Assembly: GCA_026003175.1 (NCBI GenBank)
Contig: BPGT01000001.1
Location: 408,839 to 472,838 of the forward strand
Length of the DNA stretch: 64,000 nucleotides
Origin: Armatimonadota bacterium
GTDB taxonomy: Bacteria > Armatimonadota > HRBIN16
Direction: 5' to 3'
In this document: positions 48,137 to 58,325 of the stretch, in pieces
How the letters are laid out: every line of letters begins with the position of its first letter
Numbering within the stretch: position 1 is the stretch's first letter
The notes under the pieces: model-generated
The model's input: the letters and a program-made list of their open reading frames with translations, nothing else
Told to the model about the DNA's origin: nothing
Databases searched by the model: none
Translations under genes and position numbers: made by a program

Positions 48137-49282
48137 TTAACTTCGCAATCCCTGCGCCAGCTTGCGTGTCTCCTCGGCAATCACGCGCTCCTCGTCGGTT
48201 GGCACTACATATATTTTGACACGAGATGTGGGGGTGCTGATACACCTTTCTCCCTTGCCCTTGCGGTTGGCGATTTCGTCGATCTCCACGCCCAGATACC
48301 CTAATGAGGCACACACCCGGCTGCGCACGGCCGCGCTATTCTCGCCAATACCCGCTGTGAAGGCAATGGCGTGCACGCCGTTCATCGCAGCGGCGTACGC
48401 GCCGATGTATTTGATAACACGGTAACAGAATACCTCAAAAGCAGTCTGCGCTTTAGTATCTCCAGCGGCAGCGCGCGCCTCCACATCGCGCATATCCGAC
48501 ACCCCCGCCAGCGCAAGCAAACCGCCCTCTTTGTTAATCAAGCGGTCTATGCGGTCTGCATCCCAGCCCAGCGTGCGTTGCAGGTGCAGGATTATCGCCG
48601 GGTCGATATCGCCGGAGCGGGTTCCCATCACCAGACCCTCAGCAGGGGTCATGCCCATGCTGGTATCTACGCTTTTACCGTCCAGCACCGCGGTGATACT
48701 GCTTCCATTGCCCAGATGGCAGCAGATCACTTTGCTGGGCGCTTGCAAAGCGTTCTCCTGCTCCAGCAGCTCTATCACTCGCTGCGAGACGTAGCGATGC
48801 GACGTGCCGTGAAAGCCATATCGGCGGATACCGTATTTTTCGCGCAGTTCATAGGGCAGGGCGTACAGGTAAGCATGCGGTGGCAGAGTGTGGTGGAAAG
48901 CAGTGTCGAACACTGCTACCTGTATCGCCTGAGGCGCCAGATCCATGCAGGCACGGATACCTAACAGGTTAGGTGGATTGTGTAGAGGAGCCAGGTTGGC
49001 GCACTCCTCCACCGCCTGAATCACCTCTGGCGTAATCACTACCGCTCCTGTGAACTTTTCGCCGCCGTGTACCACGCGGTGCCCAATGGCGTGGATCTCT
49101 TCTATCGGCAAGCCACCTTCCATCTCGCTGAGGTGCGCGAACATCTGCTGCACTGCCACCATGTGATTTGGGGTCTCTGTGCTGCCTACCCGCTCTATCA
49201 AACCTCGCGCTCGCTCCTGCGAGTCACTGAACAAGCGGTATTTCACCGACGAACTACCGCAATTCACTACCAATATATTCAC
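48137..49282 (-). CDS. ackA: acetate kinase
   Basis: GTG start at NILVVNCGSSSVKY; GHRVVHGG, APLHNP, VFDTAFH, YGFHGTSH, HLGNG, GIGEN, TDEE. Confidence 0.97.
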   Translation of the reverse strand: MNILVVNCGSSSVKYRLFSDSQERARGLIERVGSTETPNHMVAVQQMFAHLSEMEGGLPIEEIHAIGHRVVHGGEKFTGAVVITPEVIQAVEECANLAPLHNPPNLLGIRACMDLAPQAIQVAVFDTAFHHTLPPHAYLYALPYELREKYGIRRYGFHGTSHRYVSQRVIELLEQENALQAPSKVICCHLGNGSSITAVLDGKSVDTSMGMTPAEGLVMGTRSGDIDPAIILHLQRTLGWDADRIDRLINKEGGLLALAGVSDMRDVEARAAAGDTKAQTAFEVFCYRVIKYIGAYAAAMNGVHAIAFTAGIGENSAAVRSRVCASLGYLGVEIDEIANRKGKGERCISTPTSRVKIYVVPTDEERVIAEETRKLAQGLRS

Positions 49283-49408
49283 CGAAAGGTTCCTCCGGGT
49301 GTTTATCTGTGGCTTTTTCCGCTTCGTATATTTGGTGCATGGTGGGGTCTTCTCCTGCAAGGCGATGCACAACATACGGATAGCCTGGCGGGTGTGGCTG
49401 GAAGCAGG

Positions 49409-50446
49409 TCAACCGGCGGCGTTCTCCTCTTGCCTGCCGCTCCACCATTCCTCTTTGGGGGTGCGTAGCATCAGCTCACGGATGGCGTCACGGGGGTTCA
49501 GTCGCCCGTCCAGCACCGCGCGGATGGTCTGCGCGATGGGCATCTCGATACCCAGCCGCTGCGCCAGCCCGCACACCGCGAAGGTGGTGGGTACGCCTTC
49601 GGCAACCTGCTTCAGCTCCTGCAGGATTTGCATCAGTGGTTTGCCCTGTGCCAGTCCATGCCCCACCCGCCAGTTTCGGCTCAAGTGGCTGGATGCGGTG
49701 GCGAACAGGTCACCTACGCCCGATAGCCCCATGAAGGTACGTTCCTCTGCTCCTAGCGCCACACCCAGCCGCACCATCTCCGCCAACCCGCGCGTGACGA
49801 ACGCTGCTTTGGAGTTATCACCAAAACCCATGCCGTCGCTGATGCCTGCGCCGATGGCGAGCACGTTCTTCAGCGCGCCACCCAGCTCCACGCCCGTCAC
49901 GTCGCGATTGGTATATACGCGGAAAGAGGGATGCATGAACAACGTCTGTGCCTGCTTCGCTGCCTCCGGTGAGGAAGATGCCACCACCGTTGCCGTGGGG
50001 ATTTCGCGAGCCAGCTCCAGCGCGAGGTTGGGACCAGATAGCACCACGAGGTCGCCGCAGCGATCACCTAATGTCGCCTGCAATACCTGGGAGGGGCGAC
50101 TGCCGTCTGCTTCCAAGCCTTTCGCGGCGGAGATAATCAGTCGTGGAGCAGAGAGGCATTCTCGGACAGTGGATGCCACCTCGCGCAGTGCGCCAGCAGG
50201 CACGGCGAACACCAGCACCTCTGCCTCGCCAACGGCATATTCCACATCGCTGGTGGGGTTCACCGAAGGGGGCAGAGCGAAGCCGGGCAGGTAGCGCGGG
50301 TTCTGACCTTCGCGCCGAATGGCTTGCGCCAGCCCAGCATCGCGCGCCCACAGCGCTACCTGCACCCCTTTCTTGCCGAGCAGCAGAGCCAGCGCAGTGC
50401 CCCAGCTCCCCGCCCCTAAAACCGCTACCGAAGGCAACTCAGGCAC
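49409..50446 (-). CDS. gpsA: NAD(P)H-dependent glycerol-3-phosphate dehydrogenase
   Basis: GAGSWGTALA, NPRYLP, SGPN, GGALKN, GLSGVGDL, SRN, AEG. Confidence 0.97.
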   Translation of the reverse strand: MPELPSVAVLGAGSWGTALALLLGKKGVQVALWARDAGLAQAIRREGQNPRYLPGFALPPSVNPTSDVEYAVGEAEVLVFAVPAGALREVASTVRECLSAPRLIISAAKGLEADGSRPSQVLQATLGDRCGDLVVLSGPNLALELAREIPTATVVASSSPEAAKQAQTLFMHPSFRVYTNRDVTGVELGGALKNVLAIGAGISDGMGFGDNSKAAFVTRGLAEMVRLGVALGAEERTFMGLSGVGDLFATASSHLSRNWRVGHGLAQGKPLMQILQELKQVAEGVPTTFAVCGLAQRLGIEMPIAQTIRAVLDGRLNPRDAIRELMLRTPKEEWWSGRQEENAAG

Positions 50447-51692
50447 CGAACTTCTCCTGCACGTTCAACAGGCTGGTGAGCATCGGCACAAGGTCTTTGC
50501 CCCGGATGCGTCCCAAACCACCCCGTGCACATGCCCGCTCGCCGAACTGTGTGACCTCATCGGTGCGCACTTCCGGTCCCCACAGCACTATCGGAACCGG
50601 CTCACCCGTATGGTCGCCGAAGGAGCAGGCGGTGGTATGGTCGGCGGAGACCACAATAAAGGTGGTAGCAGGGTCAATCTGCATCAGTAGCCAGCCCAGC
50701 ATGGCATCGATACGCTGGATGATATCCACCTTCGCCTGTGGGTTGTGGTCGTGTGCGGCGACATCAGGTCCTTTCACGTTGCACAGCACGAAGGTATGCT
50801 CCTGTAGCGCTTCTGCCACCTTGCGCCCCATCGCCATCACGTCGCTGTCCAGCCCACCAGTGGCTTCGGGTACCTCCAGTACCTTCAGCCCCACGAAGCG
50901 GGCAATGCCTTTAATCAGTCCCGTTTCCGCCACGCATGCCCCAACCAGCTTGTGATGCGTGTTGAAGTCGGGGATGCTGGGTGCGATGCCAGCACCGCGC
51001 GGCAGAATAATGTTAGCAGGTTTCAAGCCCTGCTCGATTCGCTTCCGATTCACAGGGTGGTCCTTCAGCTTCTCGTAGCTGATACGCACGAACTGGTTCA
51101 CGATGCGGGCGGTGCGTCGCGCGGCAGCGTCATCGGGGTCTATCGCCTGCACCTCGTGTACCTTTTCGCCCTCGGCGTGCGGGTCAGCATCGGTGATTTT
51201 GGGCGACAGCCCCGGCCCGCGCAGAATGAGCGCGCCTCGGTGCGCCACCGACTCCTTAAAGAACACCTGCACGTCCTCGATAAAGATGCCGTTCACCTGT
51301 GCCGCCAGCTGGTCGGTGCCTTCGGTGATGCGTCCGGCGCGTCGGTCCAGCACCACCATGTTCTCGTCCACCGTGCTGAAGTTACAACGGAAGGCGATGT
51401 CGCCTCCGCGCACCTCCATCCCTACGCCGAGCGCCTCGAAAGGTCCGCGTCCGGTGTATACAGCGTAGGGATCGTAGCCCAGCAGAGCGAGATGCCCCGT
51501 GTCGCTGCCCACGCGCACGCCGGGCGCAATCAGGTCCATCAAGCCCGTTTCGCCCTCAGCGGCGAGGCGGTCCATGTTGGGTGTATGCGCGGCTTCGATA
51601 GGGGTCTTGCCGCCTAAGGCGGGATGCGGCCGGTCTGCCATCCCGTCGCCGATAAGCACAATCGCTTTGCGGGTTTCGGAAGATGCTGCCAT
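50439..51692 (-). CDS. apgM: 2,3-bisphosphoglycerate-independent phosphoglycerate mutase, archaeal type
   Basis: DGMAD, TPNMD, GSDTGH, GRGPFEA, FRCN, DRRAGR, K.PD...H, ADH.T. Confidence 0.93.
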   Translation of the reverse strand: MAASSETRKAIVLIGDGMADRPHPALGGKTPIEAAHTPNMDRLAAEGETGLMDLIAPGVRVGSDTGHLALLGYDPYAVYTGRGPFEALGVGMEVRGGDIAFRCNFSTVDENMVVLDRRAGRITEGTDQLAAQVNGIFIEDVQVFFKESVAHRGALILRGPGLSPKITDADPHAEGEKVHEVQAIDPDDAAARRTARIVNQFVRISYEKLKDHPVNRKRIEQGLKPANIILPRGAGIAPSIPDFNTHHKLVGACVAETGLIKGIARFVGLKVLEVPEATGGLDSDVMAMGRKVAEALQEHTFVLCNVKGPDVAAHDHNPQAKVDIIQRIDAMLGWLLMQIDPATTFIVVSADHTTACSFGDHTGEPVPIVLWGPEVRTDEVTQFGERACARGGLGRIRGKDLVPMLTSLLNVQEKFGA

Positions 51693-51824
51693 TGGGTCAA
51701 CCTCCTGGTGGGAATACTGCTCCTTTCACTTCCGCATGAGAAGGGCGATTTCCTGTTTGCGCATGAGAGGAAGGTATCCGACACGACACGAATGAAATAA
51801 AGAGGATATCAGGGAGGCCTCGCT

Positions 51825-53303
51825 ATGCCCACACAGGAACACATCCAGCGTGAGGTGCAGAATCTGGTTCACCTGGTGAACTTCGATGAAGTGGAGAGCC
51901 AACTGCATCTCGCCTCACAGGTGAACCAGATGATGCGGCTCGCCAATCAGGGAAGAATTAGACAGACATACGACCTCGCTGTCTCGCTGATAGACGCCCA
52001 AAAGGGCACCTTCTCGCTGTTGGCTGCCGAGTTGGGGGAACCCATCCTGCTGGAGCTGGTCCTTGAGCTCAGAGACAGGGGGCAACCTGAGGAAGCCATC
52101 GAGGAGATGAAACGGTGGCTGGAACGATTTCCCGGGCATCCCGTCGTATCCTGCGCTCTGGTAGATAGCTTCCATTCTTTCAGTGAGGAAGCGCTCTCGG
52201 GGGTGCATGGCAAAGAGATTCTGAACAAAGTGTTGGAGCAACACCCCCGAACTCTGCACGCCTACTTATTGGTGGCTCGGAGGATGGTATTCATCAACTG
52301 GCTCATGCGCGGCCAGAACTTGACCCAGCTGGTCACCCACATCTGGAAGGGGTTGCGCCAGATGGAGTGGGTGATTCCTCCCAACCGGGATAATGTCCGT
52401 AAAACTCTCTCGGATCTGTTCATGTTCAGCCGGTTCGCGCTGAACTCGCGCGCACGCCGCCAGCGTCTCGACGAGCTCGTCGAGCAGACGAGCGAACTGC
52501 TCAAGCCGGAAGAACGTCCGTTGTGGACCCCCGAGGACTACCAGTGGATTTCGGCTCAGTGGCTGCCGATGGTGCGACGCCCTACCCAGCGAGAGCAAGA
52601 GGAATTGCTGGATAGTATCGATATGCAAACGGTGCAGGATCTGCTGGACGATGCCGAAGTCTACGAACAGGTAAAGCAGTGGATAAACAAATACAGGTGG
52701 CATCACGTGTATCGCAAGCTCATACCTTTTGAACGATGGGCACAACGTCCGCTGCATGGCAAGTTCCGCGAGCAGGCGATTTTGGCACTGTCCGCATTAA
52801 GCTTGCAGCAGCCCAGCCGCGATGTGAAACTGGACGACCTGCTGCGCTATACCGAACAGTGGGCAGAATTAGCCCCGAATGACGCCCGCCCTCTGGTGCG
52901 CAAGGTCATCCTTCTCATAGGAAAAAACGACGCCGCAGCGGCTCTTGCTGTTGCAGAGGATGCGTTGCGCCTGTCACCCCATGGCATCGAGCCACCTGCG
53001 CTCGTCGCCCTGATACTCGGCGCGAATACGCAGGACATTCACAAGATCTTTCAGTCAGCCCAAGCGCTGCAGCAGGCATGGCGTAACCTGCCTCTCGCGC
53101 AGTGGATTATGCATCCGCACCCGGCTCACGTGCGGGAGACGTTGCGCGTATTGGTTGGGTTGACCGCTCTCATAGCAAGTCGAGGGGGCCTGAGGCAAGA
53201 GGCGTTGCGAATCCTGGACGAAGGGGAGCGGCTGCTGGGAAGAAACGCTCCTGAACTGCAGATGGCACGACGCAGGATCACCGGGGCGGATGAGGGATGG
53301 TGA
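51825..53303 (+). CDS. hypothetical helical/TPR-like protein
   Basis: GGAGG RBS; TPR-like A..AL.L.P segments. Confidence 0.65.
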   Translation: MPTQEHIQREVQNLVHLVNFDEVESQLHLASQVNQMMRLANQGRIRQTYDLAVSLIDAQKGTFSLLAAELGEPILLELVLELRDRGQPEEAIEEMKRWLERFPGHPVVSCALVDSFHSFSEEALSGVHGKEILNKVLEQHPRTLHAYLLVARRMVFINWLMRGQNLTQLVTHIWKGLRQMEWVIPPNRDNVRKTLSDLFMFSRFALNSRARRQRLDELVEQTSELLKPEERPLWTPEDYQWISAQWLPMVRRPTQREQEELLDSIDMQTVQDLLDDAEVYEQVKQWINKYRWHHVYRKLIPFERWAQRPLHGKFREQAILALSALSLQQPSRDVKLDDLLRYTEQWAELAPNDARPLVRKVILLIGKNDAAAALAVAEDALRLSPHGIEPPALVALILGANTQDIHKIFQSAQALQQAWRNLPLAQWIMHPHPAHVRETLRVLVGLTALIASRGGLRQEALRILDEGERLLGRNAPELQMARRRITGADEGW

Positions 53304-53427
53304 ACCGACAGGGGTAGGGCATATGCGACATATTCAAGGCTGCTGGATTGGTTGTGGCTTCGTACTCGCTCCACTGCTGTGGATGAAATAGTGATGCTTT
53401 TGGCCTCACAGAAGCGTCTATAAAATA

Positions 53428-53450
53428 TGGGGGCGAGGCTCCTGCGAGCC
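53428..53450 (+). repeat. REP-like family C copy
   Basis: TGGGGGCGAGGCTCCTGCGAGCC. Confidence 0.6.
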
Positions 53451-53565
53451 TTTCTCTGTACAATGGCGAGGCGCGCTGAGCCGCTGAGCCGTAGCAACCT
53501 TCAGGTTGCGCTTGTCCCTCTTAGCGCAGGCTAGAGCCTACTTTGTGTGTGTGGAGGTGATGGTG

Positions 53566-54492
53566 ATGCGGGGCAGGATAGCACTCATTCTGCTGGCACT
53601 GCTCCTGGCGCTGGGTGCGTGGGCGCAGGAGCCGACGCGTGCTCGCAAGCGTATTGCAGTACTGTCCTTTGACGCACCGATGGAGTACCGCACCGCACAG
53701 CTGGGCAACGTCATCGGCGATATGCTCACTACCGCACTGGTGAAGATGGGGCTGGAGGTCATCGAGCGCTCGCAGCTGGAGGCGATTCTGCGCGAGCAGC
53801 AGCTGGCACGTTCGGGCATTATTGACCCCGCTACCGCTGTGGAGATGGGCAAGATTCTGGGCGTGGACTACATTCTCGGCGGGCGCATCACCGAGTTTGG
53901 CATCCGTGACGAGAGCCAGCTGGGCGGAGTGATTGCGCAGTTCTCGGTCGGCGTGCGAGTCAAGCGCAGTACCGCTCGAGTGAAAGCGGATGTTCGCCTG
54001 ATTGACGTGCGCACCGGGCGCATCCTGATGGCGGAAACAGGCGAGGGGCGCGAGACGCGCAACGACCTCACGCTGGTGGGCGCGAAGCTGTTCGACTGGC
54101 TGGCTGGCGTGGACTTTGGCAGTCGCGAGTGGGCGGAAAGCCAGATTGGGCGCGCCACACGCAAGGCAGTGGACGACATCGTAAAGAAAATCGCCGTCTA
54201 CTTCCCCTCGGAGGCGGAGGTAATCGCGGTGATGTCGCCCGATGAGTTCATTATCGACCGCGGGCGGTTTCAGGGCGTGCGCGTGGGCGATGCCTACGAG
54301 GTGTTCCGCGTCTCCACCGTGCGCAACTCGAAAGGGCAGGTAGTGTGGACGGATACCATCTCGCTGGGTATCGCGAGGGTGACCGACGTGCAGGACGAAC
54401 GGGCGAAACTGCGTTTCACCCGCCGCGCCAAAGAGGGGGAAGAGGTCAAAGAGGGCGATATCGTGCGGGCGATGAATAGCTCCAAACGCTGA
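53566..54492 (+). CDS. CsgG/HfaB-like periplasmic protein with FlgT-like C-terminal domain
   Basis: Signal peptide; KRIAVLSF, VIERSQLEAILREQ, GKILGVDY, RLIDV.TG.I; IDRG..GV.VGD. Confidence 0.82.
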   Translation: MRGRIALILLALLLALGAWAQEPTRARKRIAVLSFDAPMEYRTAQLGNVIGDMLTTALVKMGLEVIERSQLEAILREQQLARSGIIDPATAVEMGKILGVDYILGGRITEFGIRDESQLGGVIAQFSVGVRVKRSTARVKADVRLIDVRTGRILMAETGEGRETRNDLTLVGAKLFDWLAGVDFGSREWAESQIGRATRKAVDDIVKKIAVYFPSEAEVIAVMSPDEFIIDRGRFQGVRVGDAYEVFRVSTVRNSKGQVVWTDTISLGIARVTDVQDERAKLRFTRRAKEGEEVKEGDIVRAMNSSKR

Positions 54493-54507
54493 AAAGGGGG
54501 GAGCCGA

Positions 54508-54732
54508 ATGAACTTTCCCAAAAATCGGATGCGCGTCACCCATTCCCACGAAGGCAGACAGTCCGAAAAGGGCTGGCTGGTGCTGGATGTGCGTGGGCTA
54601 GACCTGGACGGCGTGAACTCTATCGTTATCCCCATCGAAGACATTGAGAAATTGCAGGAAGGTTCACAGCAGCAGGCGAATCCTCTAGAGCAGCTTCAGA
54701 TGCTGCTCGGCAAGAAGGAGGGAGAGCTATGA
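54508..54732 (+). CDS. small hypothetical protein
   Basis: RBS present; ATGA-coupled to the MEMO1 gene. Confidence 0.65.
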   Translation: MNFPKNRMRVTHSHEGRQSEKGWLVLDVRGLDLDGVNSIVIPIEDIEKLQEGSQQQANPLEQLQMLLGKKEGEL

Positions 54733-55601
54733 TACGCCCACCTGCCGTTGCGGGAATGTTCTACGCCGGTAGCGCCGCCGAACTGCGCGAGGAGATACGC
54801 GAATGTTTCCTCTCACCGCTCGGACCGGGGCGACCACCCCAAACGGTAGCCGACGGTAAGCACACCCTGCGCGGTCTGATGTGTCCTCATGCGGGCTATC
54901 GCTACTCGGGAGCCGCTGCCGCGCACGCCTACGCCCGCCTCGCCGAAGACGGCGCGCCCGAAACGGTTATCCTGCTGGGACCGAACCACCGGGCTATCGG
55001 TGCACCCATTGCGATTATCTCTCGCGGAGCCTTCAAGACGCCGCTGGGCGAGGTGCCCATAGATACCACTACCGCCGAAACCATTAAGGAGCAGGCTCCC
55101 ATGGTGCGCGAAGATGAGAACGCCCACTTGCCAGAGCATTCGCTGGAGGTGCAACTGCCTTTCCTGCAGACAGTGGCGCCCCATGCGCGTATCGTGCCCA
55201 TCGTTTTCGGCAGGGTGTACTATGACCGTGAGGGCGTGGAGATGCTGAAATCTCTGGGCAAGGCGATGGCGTCCTTGCTGGGTGACCCGACGCACCACCG
55301 TCTGCTGATAGCCAGCACCGACCTGATGCACTACGTGACGCGCGATGAAGCATACCGCATGGACGAAATCGCGCTGCAGGCAGTGCGTGAGGTGGACGGC
55401 GATCGGCTGATAGAAGAGGTATTCCGTCGCGACATCAGCATGTGCGGCGTGATGCCCACCGCCACCATGTTGTTTGCGTTGCGCCATCTGGGTATCGCAC
55501 AGGGTGAGGTGCTTTGCCATTACACCTCCGGCGACGTGCCGGGCGCGGATACCAGACACGTGGTAGGTTACGCCGCTTGCGCGTTCCACGCTCCCGCGTA
55601 G
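54729..55601 (+). CDS. amrB: AmmeMemoRadiSam system protein B (MEMO1 family)
   Basis: RPPAVAGMFY, PHAGYRYSG, GPNH, EHSLEVQLPF, STD..HY, MCG, VVGYA. Confidence 0.93.
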   Translation: MIRPPAVAGMFYAGSAAELREEIRECFLSPLGPGRPPQTVADGKHTLRGLMCPHAGYRYSGAAAAHAYARLAEDGAPETVILLGPNHRAIGAPIAIISRGAFKTPLGEVPIDTTTAETIKEQAPMVREDENAHLPEHSLEVQLPFLQTVAPHARIVPIVFGRVYYDREGVEMLKSLGKAMASLLGDPTHHRLLIASTDLMHYVTRDEAYRMDEIALQAVREVDGDRLIEEVFRRDISMCGVMPTATMLFALRHLGIAQGEVLCHYTSGDVPGADTRHVVGYAACAFHAPA

Positions 55602-55664
55602 GATTTCAGCCTGCCGACGGTGAAAGCAACACTTGCGAGGCAAGCTGGTCAAGCCTTGTTAGCC

Positions 55665-55690
55665 TGGGGGGCGAGGCTCCTGCCGAGCCG
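55665..55690 (+). repeat. REP-like family C copy
   Basis: TGGGGGGCGAGGCTCCTGCCGAGCCG. Confidence 0.7.
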
Positions 55691-55731
55691 CTGCCCCGGA
55701 ATCAGCCAGAACGCCTCGCAGGTGGGACGGG

Positions 55732-57057
55732 ATGTTCTCTGCGGAAGCGCTGCTTATTGTCGCGTTAATTCTGCTTAATGCCTTCTTTGTGGTTGCGGAG
55801 TTCGCACTGGTACGCGTGCGAGCCACGAGGCTGGAGGAGCTGGTACAGCAGCAGAACTGGCGCGCCCGCATCGCTAAGCACGCACAGGAACACATCGACG
55901 CCTACCTCAACACGGTGCAGGTAGGCATTACCCTTGCCAGCATCGGACTGGGATGGGTAGCGGAACCCTGGGCAGCCAAGCAGTTACAACCTTTGTTGAA
56001 ACTACTGGGCATCACTTCGCCCCGCAGTGTACACCTAACCGCCTTCCTCATCGGATACCTCGTTATCACCTTCCTGCATGTGGTAATCGGTGAAATGGTG
56101 CCTAAAAGCATCGCCATCCGCTGTACAGAGCCTGCCGCGCTGTGGACAGCTCCTCCGCTCAACCTGTTTCACCGACTGCTGTTTCCTCTCACCTGGTTGA
56201 TGACGGGTTGCGCGTCGCTGGTGCTGCGGCTGCTGCGCATCCCGCCCGCCTCTCCTGAGGAAGCGTATTCTCAAGAGGAGTTGCGTCTCCTGCTTGCCTC
56301 TTCGCGACGCTCAGGCGCATTGAAAGACACCGAGGCGGAGCTGATGGAGCATGTCTTCTCGTTCGGCGATAAGCGAGCGAAAGACATCATGGTTCCCCGT
56401 GTGGACATGGTGTATCTGTCTACGACGTGGCCGATAGAGGAGAACCTGCGCATTGCTGAACAGTACGGCTTCACGCGCTTCCCCCTTTGCGAAGGTGACC
56501 CCGACAAGGTGATAGGTATCGTGCACGTCAAAGACCTGTATCGCGCCCACCAGCACGGCATCGACTCGCTGAAACACATCGCCCGCGACTGTCTGATCGT
56601 GCCCGAAAGCAAACCCATAGACGAACTGCTGCGCGAGTTCCAGAAGCAAAAGATGCACATGGCAATCGTGGTGGACGAGTACGGCGGTACCTCCGGGCTG
56701 GTAACTATCGAAGATGTGATTGAGGAGATAGTGGGCGAGATTTACGACGAGTTTGAACCGGTGCAGCCACGTATCCAGAAGCTCGGCGACGACCGTTATC
56801 TGGTGGAAGCCAATGTGGAACTGGACGAGCTGGCGAAACAACTGGGGGTGGAGGTCTCGGCAGAGGACGGCGCGTTCGAGACCGTGGCTGGCTACGTGAT
56901 GGGCAAGCTCACCTCTATCCCGCGCGTGGGCGATCGTGTGCCCTTCGGCGATTACGAGGTACAGGTGGTTGAAATGCGTGGCAGGCGCGTGCACCGAGTG
57001 TATGTGCAGCCAGCTTCTATCCCCCCGCAAACGCCCTCTGTGGGTTCTTCGCGGTAA
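55732..57057 (+). CDS. hemolysin-family CNNM (DUF21)-CBS-CorC protein
   Basis: NAFFV.AEFA, QVGIT, GEMVPK, MVPR, VVDEYGGTSG.VT.ED..EEIVGEI.DE. Confidence 0.94.
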   Translation: MFSAEALLIVALILLNAFFVVAEFALVRVRATRLEELVQQQNWRARIAKHAQEHIDAYLNTVQVGITLASIGLGWVAEPWAAKQLQPLLKLLGITSPRSVHLTAFLIGYLVITFLHVVIGEMVPKSIAIRCTEPAALWTAPPLNLFHRLLFPLTWLMTGCASLVLRLLRIPPASPEEAYSQEELRLLLASSRRSGALKDTEAELMEHVFSFGDKRAKDIMVPRVDMVYLSTTWPIEENLRIAEQYGFTRFPLCEGDPDKVIGIVHVKDLYRAHQHGIDSLKHIARDCLIVPESKPIDELLREFQKQKMHMAIVVDEYGGTSGLVTIEDVIEEIVGEIYDEFEPVQPRIQKLGDDRYLVEANVELDELAKQLGVEVSAEDGAFETVAGYVMGKLTSIPRVGDRVPFGDYEVQVVEMRGRRVHRVYVQPASIPPQTPSVGSSR

Positions 57058-57949
57058 GCTGCTCTATCTCCCCATCCGAAAAGCCCGCTTTGCGCAGCGC
57101 GGGTATCAGGTGCGTGAACAGCGTGGTGTACTCCCGGAAGTTGCCCCCGCCCGGCTCGCCTACTTGGTACCAGCCCGCATCGTGCGACACGAGCACACGC
57201 CCCAGCAAACCCTTCTGGCGCAGATGCTGGATAAACTCCACATGCTGGTCTACCGTTTCGGGGGAGACACCGTCGAACTCCACCCACGCGCCGCGCTCCG
57301 CCGCCCACGCATGAAGCGCCTTATCGTTTTCCAGCTGCGCATGTACCCAGATGAACGCCGAGGGGCGCACGCCCATCTGCTCCAGACGCTCTATCTGCTT
57401 GCGCGCGGCGGAGCCCGGTCCGGTGTGCGAAGCGATGGTCAACCCGGTCTCGCGGTGGGTGATTGCTGCCGCCTCCAGCAGGCGCATGTCCACTTCCGAC
57501 GGCTCGGGGTCTACGCCAATCTTGATGAAACCGGGGCGGATGTTTGTGCCATCGATACCCTTTTGCGCCTCCGCAATCCACTCGCTGGCGATTTGCCGGG
57601 CGGTGAGGGTGTGTGCCCTGGCGGGAAGATATTTATCGTCCGCTGCGCCGTACCAGCCAGTGTTGGTGAGGATGTACAGCCCGCTCGCCTTGCTGAGCAG
57701 TTGCAGCAGCTGCGGGTCGCGCCCCAGATAGGCAGGGGTACACTCGACGAGGGTGCGACATCCTGCCTGCTTCAGCCGTTGCAGGTAGGGCAGGGCGACG
57801 CGATACACCTCTTCGGGGTCGTAACGCGATTTGCTCACCCTGTCCGCACCAATGAAATCCACCAGCACGTGCTCGTGCGGTAACACGACGCCCAACCGCT
57901 GGGGCGGTACGCTGCCTGTGACGGTGATGACCTGTGCAAGCGCGCTCAT
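57017..57949 (-). CDS. phosphotriesterase-family amidohydrolase
   Basis: LPHEHV, GRDP, GFIKIG, SHT, WVH, VSHDAG, NP. Confidence 0.92.
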   Translation of the reverse strand: MSALAQVITVTGSVPPQRLGVVLPHEHVLVDFIGADRVSKSRYDPEEVYRVALPYLQRLKQAGCRTLVECTPAYLGRDPQLLQLLSKASGLYILTNTGWYGAADDKYLPARAHTLTARQIASEWIAEAQKGIDGTNIRPGFIKIGVDPEPSEVDMRLLEAAAITHRETGLTIASHTGPGSAARKQIERLEQMGVRPSAFIWVHAQLENDKALHAWAAERGAWVEFDGVSPETVDQHVEFIQHLRQKGLLGRVLVSHDAGWYQVGEPGGGNFREYTTLFTHLIPALRKAGFSDGEIEQLTAKNPQRAFAGG

Positions 57950-58024
57950 GGAGAATGTCCTATCACTTTTTGAGGCAGTATACCCGAAGAGGCGTCAGCG
58001 AAGCCATACCATCTACACCGACAT

Positions 58025-58114
58025 TAATCTGTCAGAACTTTTCTGAAAATGTTGGTGTTGTCCCAGCGATTGCAAATTGCAGGCAACAGGGGACGCAACC
58101 TGCTGGCGTCGGTT
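58025..58114. mobile_element. MITE family B, degenerate left half
   Basis: taatctgtca..ttgtcccagcgattgcaaattgcaggcaacagg..aacctgc..ggtt aligns to the first ~90 bp of copies 1 and 2. Confidence 0.65.
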
Positions 58115-58192
58115 CAGCCCCACCCAGCCTCCCCGCAGGCGAGGAGGAGCATATATTGTCCCCCTGCTTGCGTGGGAACTACAGGGGGCTAA

Positions 58193-58268
58193 CGGCTCGG
58201 CGGGAGCCTCGCCCTCCAGAGGGATGGTTGCGCACACAGAGCTGGAGGGCAAACCTCCGCGTGAGCCG
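58193..58268. repeat. inverted pair of REP-like family C copies
   Basis: CGGCTCGGCGGGAGCCTCGCCCTCCA ... TGGAGGGCAAACCTCCGCGTGAGCCG. Confidence 0.65.
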
Positions 58269-58325
58269 GTTCAGCCCATACTTACTCGTGGGGGGCAACT
58301 CCTCCTTCATCAGCGGGGGAGGGCT

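Noticed and set aside
49254..49448. 64-aa ORF between gpsA and ackA
   Set aside because: It overlaps both neighbours, has no recognisable motif or RBS, and cannot be supported.
58077..58325. N-terminus of the 205-aa ORF as a real RHS start
   Set aside because: It is a translation through repeat DNA with no RBS; only the part from about 58326 looks protein-like.
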